Sequence record: MW722083.1
Strand: one strand, 5' to 3'
Length of the DNA: 39,565 nt
Origin: Escherichia phage vB_EcoP_ZX5
Part shown: one piece after another, positions 17,159-25,056 of the stretch
Layout: every line of letters begins with the position of its first letter
How positions within the stretch are numbered: the stretch's first letter is position 1
The notes under the pieces: model-generated
The model's database searches: none
Seen by the model: the letters and a program-made list of their open reading frames with translations, nothing else
Told to the model about the DNA's origin: nothing
Position numbers and translations under genes: made by a program

Positions 17159-17388
17159 GCATCCGAACTGAACATGGATTTGGTCCTTCAACGGTCGAAG
17201 TCGAATGGCTTGATGATTGCCCTAGGTGCCAGCACGGCAAAGCCAGGGTAACAGGATGGTCGGTAACCAAAGATTCTTTGTGGGCGGGTGATGAGGCCGT
17301 TTGTTCCAAATGCGGTCACAAAGGTGAAATCGATGCTGATGGAGAGAATGCCTGGGTGGAATGGGACGAAATCGAGGAGGCACAATGA
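17155..17388 (+). CDS. small zinc-ribbon protein
   Basis: CPRCQHG...CSKCGH motif; ATGA overlap at both ends. Confidence 0.55.
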   Translation: MSIRTEHGFGPSTVEVEWLDDCPRCQHGKARVTGWSVTKDSLWAGDEAVCSKCGHKGEIDADGENAWVEWDEIEEAQ

Positions 17389-18047
17389 GCAACATCGACA
17401 TCGACATCGACATCGACATCGACACACTGGCACTGCGTGAGGCGGCACAGAACGCGAAAGATTTAGGTGGGATTAAGAATTACAAGCGAGGTGAGCAAGC
17501 TGTTGCCGAATTTGAGTCCTTGATAACGCCACACATTGTGCTGGCACTGCTGGATGAGAACGAAAGCATGTGCCGCGACCTCATTGCTCGCAATGGTGAG
17601 ATTGAAGGGCTTCGAAAACTGGTTGCTGAACTTGAGGAGACAAAATCACAACTCAACGAGCAGCGTGAGTATTACGAAGGCGTTATCTCTGATGGGAGCA
17701 AGCGTATTGCTGAACTGGAGAAAAGCGAAGAGCAACTCATTAACGAGCGTGACCATGCTGAGTCTGCTTTAGCTGATATGTATTTTGCAGCAACCGGGGA
17801 TAGGCCTGAGTGGAGTAACTGGTTCGGTTTTTCAGATGCAGTAGATGCCGTAGTTGACAGAATTGCTGATTTAGAAGCTAAACAGCCATCGCCAGTAGTA
17901 CCTGAAGGACTGATTAAAGCGGTGCGTTTTTATGAGCAGGTAAAACGTGAGAACCCGCCAGTCGAAACCGGAGCATGGAAAGACGCTGTTGACTGGGTGC
18001 TCAAAGAGGCTTGCCAGGCTGTAAACATTGGCATCAAAGGAGAGTGA
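17385..18047 (+). CDS. coiled-coil protein with N-terminal (Ile-Asp)5 repeat
   Basis: 220 aa from ATG 17385; MSNIDIDIDIDIDTL. Confidence 0.55.
   Translation: MSNIDIDIDIDIDTLALREAAQNAKDLGGIKNYKRGEQAVAEFESLITPHIVLALLDENESMCRDLIARNGEIEGLRKLVAELEETKSQLNEQREYYEGVISDGSKRIAELEKSEEQLINERDHAESALADMYFAATGDRPEWSNWFGFSDAVDAVVDRIADLEAKQPSPVVPEGLIKAVRFYEQVKRENPPVETGAWKDAVDWVLKEACQAVNIGIKGE
17394..17423. repeat. hexanucleotide tandem repeat (ATCGAC)x5 within coding sequence
   Basis: five perfect tandem units read directly. Confidence 0.9.
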
Positions 18048-18048
18048 G

Positions 18049-18240
18049 ATGAACGGACAAATATCAATTGTTCGACCGGTAGCATGTGACGATAGCGAGA
18101 TACGAATGATTATTCGTCTGGCAATGGGGAAAACAATAACTGCTCTCATTACTCCTGAAAATCTCGCATTAGCGTTAACAGGAAAGTCAGACCTGCCAGT
18201 AGAGCTAAAGCTGCGAAATGTTGAGATTAAGGTGAAATAG
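18049..18240 (+). CDS. small hypothetical protein
   Basis: 63 aa from ATG 18049 with GGAGAG SD. Confidence 0.45.
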   Translation: MNGQISIVRPVACDDSEIRMIIRLAMGKTITALITPENLALALTGKSDLPVELKLRNVEIKVK

Positions 18241-18242
18241 CT

Positions 18243-18857
18243 ATGACCACTATTACCAAAGAACGTATCGAATTATTCATTAAAAATCCGCTTGATAACG
18301 GACTTACCCGTGGCGAACAAATGGAACTGGCACGAATTGCTCTGGCATCGCTGGAAGCAGAGCCGATAGGTTTCCGTTGCAGGCGCAATGATAACCTTGG
18401 TGATTGGAGTTACGTATATCATCGAGAGCCAGATGATTTTGAGCGCAAACATTTAGTGATAGAGGGCATTTACGCCGCCCCTCCAGCACCGGTAGTGCCG
18501 GATGAACGTGCAGCTTTCAATGCCTGGAACAACGACGAGAACCTACCCATAGCTGGTGTCGGCGCAAAAAACGCTGCCTGGTTAGCTTGGCAAGCCCGCG
18601 CAGAGTTGGGCCGCTCGTTAGCTGTAAACTCTCCGGGAACTCCGGATAGTTGGATAAGCTGTAGTGATCGAATGCCGGAAGACACCAAAATGTTACTGGC
18701 ATTTAGTCAAGGTGAAATCGTGGCAGCATATTGGAACTGGGTAATGAGTCCAATTGATTACAAAAAATATAGAGCTTTCACATATTTATCAGGAAATATC
18801 TTGGATGACGTAACCCACTGGATGCCACTACCGGAACCGCCGCAGGAGGCGAAATGA
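18243..18857 (+). CDS. DUF551-like phage protein
   Basis: C-terminal THWMPLPEPP motif typical of DUF551 as recalled. Confidence 0.55.
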   Translation: MTTITKERIELFIKNPLDNGLTRGEQMELARIALASLEAEPIGFRCRRNDNLGDWSYVYHREPDDFERKHLVIEGIYAAPPAPVVPDERAAFNAWNNDENLPIAGVGAKNAAWLAWQARAELGRSLAVNSPGTPDSWISCSDRMPEDTKMLLAFSQGEIVAAYWNWVMSPIDYKKYRAFTYLSGNILDDVTHWMPLPEPPQEAK

Positions 18858-19207
18858 TGGACTATTCACAGTTAAGTGATTTTGAAATTAACAGAATGGT
18901 AGGAGACATAATTTTTAAAGGCCTTTGGGCGTGTAAACCGGAAACATCAGGGAATAACACCAACAAATGGTATTACGGAAATACTGATACAACTTTTGAG
19001 CCATTAAACCCTTTACCTGACTACTGCAATAATCCATCGGATGCATGGCCTATTATTGTTGATAATAAAATCAGTCTAACCTGCCACCATTCTCGCGGTG
19101 AGTGGTCAGCTGTTTTTAATACCGAGAACATTTGCTTTCATGCGAATAATCCACTCAGAGCCGCCATGATTGTATTTCTCATGATGCAGGAAAATCAGAA
19201 TGGCTAA
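18854..19207 (+). CDS. hypothetical protein
   Basis: 117-aa ORF, ATGA overlap with upstream gene. Confidence 0.5.
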   Translation: MMDYSQLSDFEINRMVGDIIFKGLWACKPETSGNNTNKWYYGNTDTTFEPLNPLPDYCNNPSDAWPIIVDNKISLTCHHSRGEWSAVFNTENICFHANNPLRAAMIVFLMMQENQNG

Positions 19208-19538
19208 ATCAGCAGCAGAGCGCAAAGCCGCTCAGAGAGCCAGACAAGTTGCATCTGGTGTGCGTAAGCTGGAAATTGTGCTTGATGCTCAGGAAATTGA
19301 AATGCTTGAGCGTAACTGTGCCGCGCGTCGCCCCGGGCGTGCGCCTTACGAATTTGGTGAGTATATAGCGTTACTGATCCGCCAGGATGATGCACGCGTG
19401 CACGGGCGTATAAAATCGATCAGCAGAAAACGTTGCGGTAAGTGCGGCGAGAGAGTTCCAGTTAATTCATGTCCGTGTAATGGTGACTCACAATGCTGGG
19501 TGACTAAAGGCTGGCATGAAACGAAATTAATAGTGTGA
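19200..19538 (+). CDS. small zinc-finger protein, candidate late-gene regulator
   Basis: 112 aa; C-terminal CGKCGERVPVNSCPCNGDSQC; last gene before the terminator preceding terS. Confidence 0.5.
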   Translation: MAKSAAERKAAQRARQVASGVRKLEIVLDAQEIEMLERNCAARRPGRAPYEFGEYIALLIRQDDARVHGRIKSISRKRCGKCGERVPVNSCPCNGDSQCWVTKGWHETKLIV

Positions 19539-19546
19539 CATGTCAC
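19535..19546. repeat. 12-bp perfect palindrome GTGACATGTCAC (copy 1) overlapping the stop codon of 19200..19538
   Basis: exact match, one of three copies. Confidence 0.9.
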
Positions 19547-19587
19547 GAGTAGATTATGCATGATGAATTTGATGGGTTTTGAATACT

Positions 19588-19613
19588 GCCGCCAACTATG
19601 GCGGCTTTATTTT
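19588..19613 (+). terminator. intrinsic terminator between the early-right operon and terS
   Basis: 7-bp stem GCCGCCA/TGGCGGC, loop ACTA, then TTTATTTT. Confidence 0.7.
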
Positions 19614-19624
19614 GCATGGTACTA

Positions 19625-19639
19625 TTACCACAACGGTAA
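19625..19639. promoter_or_regulatory. palindromic operator-like site TTACCACAACGGTAA just upstream of terS
   Basis: perfect match inside a longer near-palindrome CATGGTACTATTACC...GGTAACTATTACCATG. Confidence 0.45.
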
Positions 19640-19647
19640 CTATTACC

Positions 19648-20253
19648 ATGGTGGTTATGATGCCTGCTGAACCTAAAACCTATAAACGCAAATCAACGCA
19701 ATTTAAGCCACTAACAGCAATGCAGGAGGCTTATTGCCAGTCATACATCAAAACGCCTGAAAACCAGACTCAGGCAGCGATTAACGCAGGATTCTCTCCA
19801 AATACAGCGGCAGTTAAAGCCAGTGTCATGATGCGCGATGAACGCATTCAAAAACGGATTGCCGAGTTGATGGAGGAGCGCAACAAACGAATGCGCGTCA
19901 GTGCCGATTACGTTCTCATGCGCCTGGTGGAGATCGACCAGATGGACGTGATTGATATCCTCAACGACGATGGGAGCCTTAAGCCAATCCGCGAGTGGCC
20001 GAAAATCTGGCGCACTACGCTTAGCGGCTTTGATCTGTCATCGACCATCATGAACATGAACGAGGATTCGATAGAGACAATCCTCAAAAAAATTAAATGG
20101 CCTGACAAGGTGAAGAACCTCGAACTGATTGGTAAGCACGTCGACGTCAACGCATTCAAAGAACGCCTGGATGTTAATGTGAATGTGACAATTGCTGATC
20201 GCATAGCGGCAGCCAGGAAGCGACTCAAAGAACGTCAGGATGGTAATCAGTGA
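19648..20253 (+). CDS. terS: terminase small subunit
   Basis: 201 aa from ATG 19648; the track start 19579 would span a terminator and operator; position immediately before the large subunit. Confidence 0.7.
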   Translation: MVVMMPAEPKTYKRKSTQFKPLTAMQEAYCQSYIKTPENQTQAAINAGFSPNTAAVKASVMMRDERIQKRIAELMEERNKRMRVSADYVLMRLVEIDQMDVIDILNDDGSLKPIREWPKIWRTTLSGFDLSSTIMNMNEDSIETILKKIKWPDKVKNLELIGKHVDVNAFKERLDVNVNVTIADRIAAARKRLKERQDGNQ

Positions 20254-21725
20254 CAGATACAGCGTTATCTCCTGAAGAGCAGTTGATCGAGGATATTGCA
20301 GGGTTCACTCACGATCCGCTTGGTTATGCCCTCTATGCGTTCCCGTGGGGGGAAGAGGGGACTGAACTGGCACATGCTACCGGCCCACGTCAGTGGCAGG
20401 CTGATGCGTTCCGAGAGATACGTGATCACCTGCAGAATCCAGAGACGCGCTATCAGCCGCTTATGCTGGCACGCGCTTCTGGTCACGGTATTGGTAAATC
20501 CGCATTCATCTCAATGCTGATCAACTGGGGCATGTCCACTTGCGAGGATTGTAAGGTCGTGGTGACCGCCAACACCGACAACCAGCTACGAACGAAGACC
20601 TGGCCGGAAATTATCAAGTGGTCGAACCTTGCTATCACGAAAGACTGGTTTACCTGTACCGCTACCGCGATGTACAGCAATGATCCTGGACACGACAAGC
20701 GGTGGCGAGCTGACGCAATCCCCTGGTCTGAGCACAACACTGAGGCATTCGCCGGACTACACAACGAGCGCAAACGCATCATCGTGGTGTTTGATGAAGC
20801 GTCGAACATTGCGGATCTGGTGTGGGAAGTTGCCGAGGGTGCGCTTACGGACGAAGACACTGAGATTATTTGGGTGGCGTTCGGAAACCCTACACGTAAC
20901 ACCGGGCGTTTTCGCGAATGTTTCCGCAAATATAAACACCGCTGGAAAACTGCGCAGATTGACAGCCGGACGGTGGAAGGCACTAACAAACAGCAGTTGC
21001 AGAAATGGGTTGATGACTACGGGGAAGACAGCGACTTCGTTAAAATCCGTGTGCGTGGCATATTCCCTGATGCATCTGAATTGCAGTTTATCCCTACCGG
21101 TCTTACTGACGAGGCAATGAAACGGGTGGTAACCGCTGCGCAGGTTGCACATGCTCCGGTGATAATCGGCGTTGACCCGGCATACTCCGGCGTTGATGAC
21201 GCTGTGATATACCTGCGGCAGGGGCTACACAGTAAGGTGCTGTGGACTGGCAACAAGACTACCGACGATCTGATTATGGCGAAGCGTATCGCTGACTTTG
21301 AAGACCAGTATCAGGCTGACGCGGTGTTCATCGACTTCGGTTACGGAACCGGTTTGAAGTCAATCGGTGACGGCTGGGGTCGTACATGGCAACTTGTTCC
21401 GTTCGGTGGCGCGTCTACTGACCCGCAGATGCTCAACAAGCGTGGGGAGATGTTCAACTCATGCAAGACATGGCTGAGGCTCGGCGGCATGCTGGATGAC
21501 CAGGAAACAGCGGACGACCTGTCGGCAGCAGAGTACAAAGTTCGAGTGGACGGTAAAATCGTTATCGAACCGAAGGAAGATATCAAAGAGCGACTTGGGC
21601 GTTCTCCTGGTAAAGGCGATGCGCTACTGCTGACGTTTGCGTTCCCTGTGTCGAAGCGTCTGCGAATTCCCGGTCAGCAGAACCAGCAAGGCAAGGCCAT
21701 TACAGATTACGATCCCTATGCTTAA
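20250..21725 (+). CDS. terL: terminase large subunit
   Basis: 491 aa; Walker A-like GHGIGKS and nuclease region; GTG start overlapping the terS stop. Confidence 0.85.
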   Translation: MTDTALSPEEQLIEDIAGFTHDPLGYALYAFPWGEEGTELAHATGPRQWQADAFREIRDHLQNPETRYQPLMLARASGHGIGKSAFISMLINWGMSTCEDCKVVVTANTDNQLRTKTWPEIIKWSNLAITKDWFTCTATAMYSNDPGHDKRWRADAIPWSEHNTEAFAGLHNERKRIIVVFDEASNIADLVWEVAEGALTDEDTEIIWVAFGNPTRNTGRFRECFRKYKHRWKTAQIDSRTVEGTNKQQLQKWVDDYGEDSDFVKIRVRGIFPDASELQFIPTGLTDEAMKRVVTAAQVAHAPVIIGVDPAYSGVDDAVIYLRQGLHSKVLWTGNKTTDDLIMAKRIADFEDQYQADAVFIDFGYGTGLKSIGDGWGRTWQLVPFGGASTDPQMLNKRGEMFNSCKTWLRLGGMLDDQETADDLSAAEYKVRVDGKIVIEPKEDIKERLGRSPGKGDALLLTFAFPVSKRLRIPGQQNQQGKAITDYDPYA

Positions 21726-21775
21726 TCCGTTAGCGGGGATAATGACGGAGATATCCTCTGGTGAGGATAAAACAA

Positions 21776-21800
21776 AGCCAGCTCATCGGCTGGCTGTTTG
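21776..21800. terminator. hairpin between convergent terL and the minus-strand moron
   Basis: 7-bp stem AGCCAGC/GCTGGCT 21776-21782/21789-21795; U-tract better on minus strand. Confidence 0.45.
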
Positions 21801-21811
21801 TGACATGTCAC
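21800..21811. repeat. 12-bp perfect palindrome GTGACATGTCAC (copy 2)
   Basis: exact match 5 bp past the stop of 21816..22154 and abutting the hairpin. Confidence 0.9.
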
Positions 21812-21815
21812 GGTG

Positions 21816-22154
21816 TTATTGCTCGCTTAACTTCTGCTTCAGCAAGTAACCTTCAAGCATCCAGATTTTGTTTACAGCATTCTGCCGGGCAATCTTCCGA
21901 CCAATTTCCGCATCAAAGTTTTCTGGGCTTGCACAGGCGCTCTCTCCGGTGACGGTGAAGCCATTTTGTAGAGTTAATACACAAAATGTCAGCAGAGCCA
22001 AACTGTCGTGATAGTCATCGCCAGTTGCAATAGCTCCATCAGCAGCAGTGAAGTACGTTTCCGCAAGAATAATGCTTTCGATATGGTCTGGCGTAACGCG
22101 CGGGGCGGCTAAACCTTTAGCCTGAATTTCAGATTCAATGTCTTTGTCACTCAT
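21816..22154 (-). CDS. hypothetical protein (possibly N4 gp49 / Sf6 gene 66 family), minus-strand moron in the late region
   Basis: 112 aa with AAGGTGA SD; family guess from recollection only. Confidence 0.5.
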   Translation of the reverse strand: MSDKDIESEIQAKGLAAPRVTPDHIESIILAETYFTAADGAIATGDDYHDSLALLTFCVLTLQNGFTVTGESACASPENFDAEIGRKIARQNAVNKIWMLEGYLLKQKLSEQ

Positions 22155-22170
22155 AGTCTATTCTCACCTT

Positions 22171-22193
22171 AAAAAATGCCCGGCGAACCGGGC
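22171..22193 (-). terminator. terminator-like hairpin immediately upstream of the moron RBS
   Basis: 6-bp stem GCCCGG/CCGGGC 22178-22183/22188-22193, loop CGAA; A6 on plus gives U6 on minus. Confidence 0.45.
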
Positions 22194-22270
22194 GAACTGG
22201 AGGCAATGAGTTATGCCTCCCGTGGCTGTACTGGTTTACAGCATGAAGTCATCGCAATGGCGTCCTGCTG

Positions 22271-22313
22271 TAAAAATGGCGGTGATAGTCCTTCAAGGGA
22301 AACCATCACCGCC
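22271..22313 (-). terminator. tRNA-trailer terminator-like hairpin
   Basis: 8-bp stem GGCGGTGA/TCACCGCC 22278-22285/22306-22313 with 20-nt loop; A-run 22272-22276 on plus gives U-run on minus. Confidence 0.4.
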
Positions 22314-22356
22314 AAGCCCCTGGAACTTCTGGCATCACGGTCCTTAGGCGTGATTC

Positions 22357-22433
22357 TGGCGTGGCATGCAGGATTCGAACCTGCGACCAACCGCTTAGAA
22401 GGCGGTTGCTCTGTCCAGCTGAGCTAATGCCAC
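22357..22433 (-). tRNA. tRNA-Arg (anticodon UCU), CCA encoded
   Basis: 77 nt; acceptor GTGGCAT/ATGCCAC, D-arm GCTC...GAGC, anticodon arm ACCGC-CTTCTAA-GCGGT, T-arm GCAGG-TTCGAAT-CCTGC, discriminator G, CCA. Confidence 0.85.
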
Positions 22434-22755
22434 AACGCTGAGAGCACTTAGCCTGTTAAGGCGCCACACTTTGTCGCGGCTCCATAAATGCTCTCATCGT
22501 TGTACCCTCGTCTCTTCCGAGGCGTCACACCGAATCGCCGGGATGGTGAATCCCCGTGCGCGGAATAAAACCGCTCGACTTGCACATTCCGGCTACCTGG
22601 TTCGTTTGCCCGAGCAAGGGAGGGTGCCCCTTAAACGTATCCAGACCGCTATCGGCGCATGTGCCATACGCCGTACTGCTCAAAATAAAAGCTCACTCCA
22701 CCTGTTCAATTTAACGACAAGCCAGTCAGGTTAGTAACCGGAATGAACTCTTTGG

Positions 22756-22770
22756 TTACCTGAAAGGTAA
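22756..22770. promoter_or_regulatory. palindromic operator-like site TTACCTGAAAGGTAA upstream of the head operon
   Basis: perfect match, identical 17-mer to 2423..2439. Confidence 0.45.
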
Positions 22771-22811
22771 TAATTTGTGCGTTAAATGTCAACTACCTAC
22801 GATAAATAAAT

Positions 22812-22835
22812 CATATGTGGTTAAATTGGTAATAA
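22812..22835 (+). promoter_or_regulatory. conserved promoter-proximal element CATATGTGGTTAAATTGGTAATAA upstream of the head operon
   Basis: 19 of 24 identical to 2467..2490. Confidence 0.4.
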
Positions 22836-22860
22836 TTTAATTGCGTACGGAGTCATTGAT

Positions 22861-23067
22861 ATGTGCATGGGTAGCTCACCATCAGTGCCTGCAACACCAG
22901 AAGTTCAGGCAGCACCACAGGAGCAGGATGCCGCCGTTGTTGATGCCCGCGACGAAGAAACTCGTCGCCGTCGCGCTGCTGCTGGTCGTAGTTCTACGCT
23001 GCTTACCGGTTCTCAGGGCGACACATCAACCGCTAATACCAGCGGTAAAACGCTGCTTGGTCAGTAA
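22861..23067 (+). CDS. small hypothetical virion-module protein
   Basis: 68 aa; ACGGAG SD; its RBS context GGAGTCATTGA is repeated before the portal gene. Confidence 0.45.
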   Translation: MCMGSSPSVPATPEVQAAPQEQDAAVVDARDEETRRRRAAAGRSSTLLTGSQGDTSTANTSGKTLLGQ

Positions 23068-23081
23068 CCGGAGTCATTGAA

Positions 23082-24761
23082 ATGGCGGAAACAACTAAAG
23101 AGCGATTGAACAAACAGTTCGCACAACTTGAAAGCGAGCGTCAGTCGTTCGAGCCGCACTGGCGCGAGTTGAGTGATTACATCAACCCGCGTGGTTCCCG
23201 CTTTCTGACTTCTGAGGTTAACCGTAACGATCGACGCAATACACGCATTATTGATTCGACCGGGACTATGGCGGCGCGCACTCTCGCCAGCGGCATGATG
23301 TCAGGCATCACAAGCCCCGCGCGTCCGTGGTTTCGCCTGGCTACGCCAGATCCTGAAATGATGGATTATGGCCCTGTTAAGTTGTGGCTTGAGGCGGTGC
23401 AGAACCGCATGAACGATATGTTCAATAAGTCGAATCTCTATCAGTCGCTGCCGCAGTTATACGGAAGCCTCGGCACATACAGCACTGGTGCAATGGCAGT
23501 GCTGGAGGATGACGAGGACATCATTCGCACAATGCCATTCCCGATAGGCAGTTACTACCTGGCTAACTCACCTCGTGGCAGTGTGGACACCTGTTTTCGC
23601 AAGTTCTCTATGACTGTTCGTCAGCTTGTTCAGGAGTTCGGGCTAAATAACGTCAGCGAATCCGTAAAAAGCATGTGGGAAAGCGGAACCTACGAGAAGT
23701 GGATTGAAGTGATGCATTCGGTTTACCCGAACATTGACCGCGATACATCGAAGCTGGATAGCAAGAACAAGCCATTCAAATCGGTTTATTACGAGGTTGG
23801 TGGCGATAACGACAAGTTGTTGCGTGAGTCCGGATTCGATGAGTTTCCAATTATGGCTCCGCGCTGGGAAGTTAACGGCGAAGATGTTTATGGATCATCA
23901 TGCCCGGGTATGCTGGCGCTTGGACCTGTTAAGGCATTGCAGCTTCTCCAGAAGCGCAAGTCGCAGTTGATTGATAAAGCCACCAATCCGCCGATGGTTG
24001 CTCCGACTTCCCTCAAGAATCAGCGTGCCTCCCTTCTTCCTGGCGACATCACGTATATCGATCAGATTACTGGTCAGGATGGTTTCAGGCCTGCTTATCT
24101 GGTTAACCCCAGTACAGCAGATTTGGTGGCAGACATTCAGGACACCCGTCAAATCATTAACAGCGCCTACTTTGTCGATCTGTTCATGATGTTGCAGAAC
24201 ATCAATACCCGCTCGATGCCTGTTGAAGCGGTGATCGAAATGAAAGAAGAAAAACTTCTGATGTTGGGGCCGGTTCTGGAGCGTCTGAACGACGAATGTC
24301 TTAATCCTCTCATTGACCGCGCTTTCTCGATGATGGTGCGTAAAAACATGCTGCCGCCACCGCCTGACGCGATGGAAGGTATGCCCCTGAAGGTCGAATA
24401 CATTTCCGTCATGGCTCAGGCGCAGAAGTCTATCGGCCTGTCCAGTCTGGCGTCTACGGTCAACTTCATTGGTCAACTTGCGCAAGCGAAACCAGAAGCT
24501 CTCGACAAACTCAACGTTGATCAGGCGATCGATGCATTCGCTGATATGTCCGGAGTGTCTCCAACCGTCATTGTTCCGCAGGAACAGGTTGAGCAGGCTC
24601 GCCAGCAACGGGCACAGCAACAACAGCAGCAACAAATGATGGCGATGGGGATGGCGGCGGCACAGGGTGCCAAGACGCTAAGCGAAGCTAAAACTTCGGA
24701 TCCGAGTGTTTTGTCAGCTATGGCGAATGCAGTTAGTGGTCAGGGTGGGCAATCACAATGA
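23082..24761 (+). CDS. portal (head-to-tail connector), T7 gp8-like
   Basis: 559 aa; Gln/Ala/Met-rich C-terminus as in T7 gp8 as recalled. Confidence 0.85.
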   Translation: MAETTKERLNKQFAQLESERQSFEPHWRELSDYINPRGSRFLTSEVNRNDRRNTRIIDSTGTMAARTLASGMMSGITSPARPWFRLATPDPEMMDYGPVKLWLEAVQNRMNDMFNKSNLYQSLPQLYGSLGTYSTGAMAVLEDDEDIIRTMPFPIGSYYLANSPRGSVDTCFRKFSMTVRQLVQEFGLNNVSESVKSMWESGTYEKWIEVMHSVYPNIDRDTSKLDSKNKPFKSVYYEVGGDNDKLLRESGFDEFPIMAPRWEVNGEDVYGSSCPGMLALGPVKALQLLQKRKSQLIDKATNPPMVAPTSLKNQRASLLPGDITYIDQITGQDGFRPAYLVNPSTADLVADIQDTRQIINSAYFVDLFMMLQNINTRSMPVEAVIEMKEEKLLMLGPVLERLNDECLNPLIDRAFSMMVRKNMLPPPPDAMEGMPLKVEYISVMAQAQKSIGLSSLASTVNFIGQLAQAKPEALDKLNVDQAIDAFADMSGVSPTVIVPQEQVEQARQQRAQQQQQQQMMAMGMAAAQGAKTLSEAKTSDPSVLSAMANAVSGQGGQSQ

Positions 24762-25054
24762 CAGATTACGAAGACGATCAACTGAAAGAAGAAAACGCCC
24801 GTAAGCAACGTGACATGGCACAGCGTGAAATTGATGACATTTGCTTTGTCATGAGCAGTGAACAGGGGCGTCGCGTTGTCTGGTCGGTGCTGGAGAAAGG
24901 CCGTGTGTTTTCCGCTATCTCACCGATGGACGCTATGGCAATGGCATTTAATGAGGGGCAACGCAATCTGGCGCTGGAACTGTTTCAGCGCGTTATGGCG
25001 CATTGCCCTGAACAGTATTTGAAGATGGCCAAAGAGGCCAGTGAACAGGAGTGA
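24758..25054 (+). CDS. hypothetical protein between portal and scaffold
   Basis: 98-aa ORF with ATGA overlap to the portal stop. Confidence 0.5.
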   Translation: MTDYEDDQLKEENARKQRDMAQREIDDICFVMSSEQGRRVVWSVLEKGRVFSAISPMDAMAMAFNEGQRNLALELFQRVMAHCPEQYLKMAKEASEQE

Positions 25055-25056
25055 TC

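Noticed and set aside
17394-17423. Tandem repeat considered as a possible CRISPR-like array
   Set aside because: Units are 6 bp with no spacers; a simple sequence repeat inside a gene.
17188-17448. Minus-strand ORFs with CRCRCR and MSMSMS runs
   Set aside because: Artefacts of reading the (ATCGAC)5 repeat on the opposite strand.
19579-19647. N-terminal extension of terS from the track start
   Set aside because: It would be translated through an intrinsic terminator (19588..19613) and an operator-like palindrome; ATG 19648 is the more plausible start.
20265-21586. Antisense and alternative-frame ORFs within terL (for example 20483..20989, 20629..21120, 20757..21152)
   Set aside because: Embedded in the terminase large subunit frame, which has clear ATPase/nuclease character.
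22357-22433. tRNA-Arg as the integration target (attB-derived) of this integrase
   Set aside because: int and the candidate attP are about 14 kb away and no duplicated tRNA 3' segment was seen; more consistent with a phage-carried tRNA.
22471-22734. 87-aa plus-strand ORF in the tRNA leader region
   Set aside because: Arg/His/Ser-rich, no RBS, and it lies where the minus-strand tRNA leader is expected; treated as non-coding.
23734-24635. ORFs antisense or out of frame within the portal gene, including the 245-aa ORF 23898..24635
   Set aside because: Embedded in the portal coding frame; His/Arg-rich low-complexity translation.
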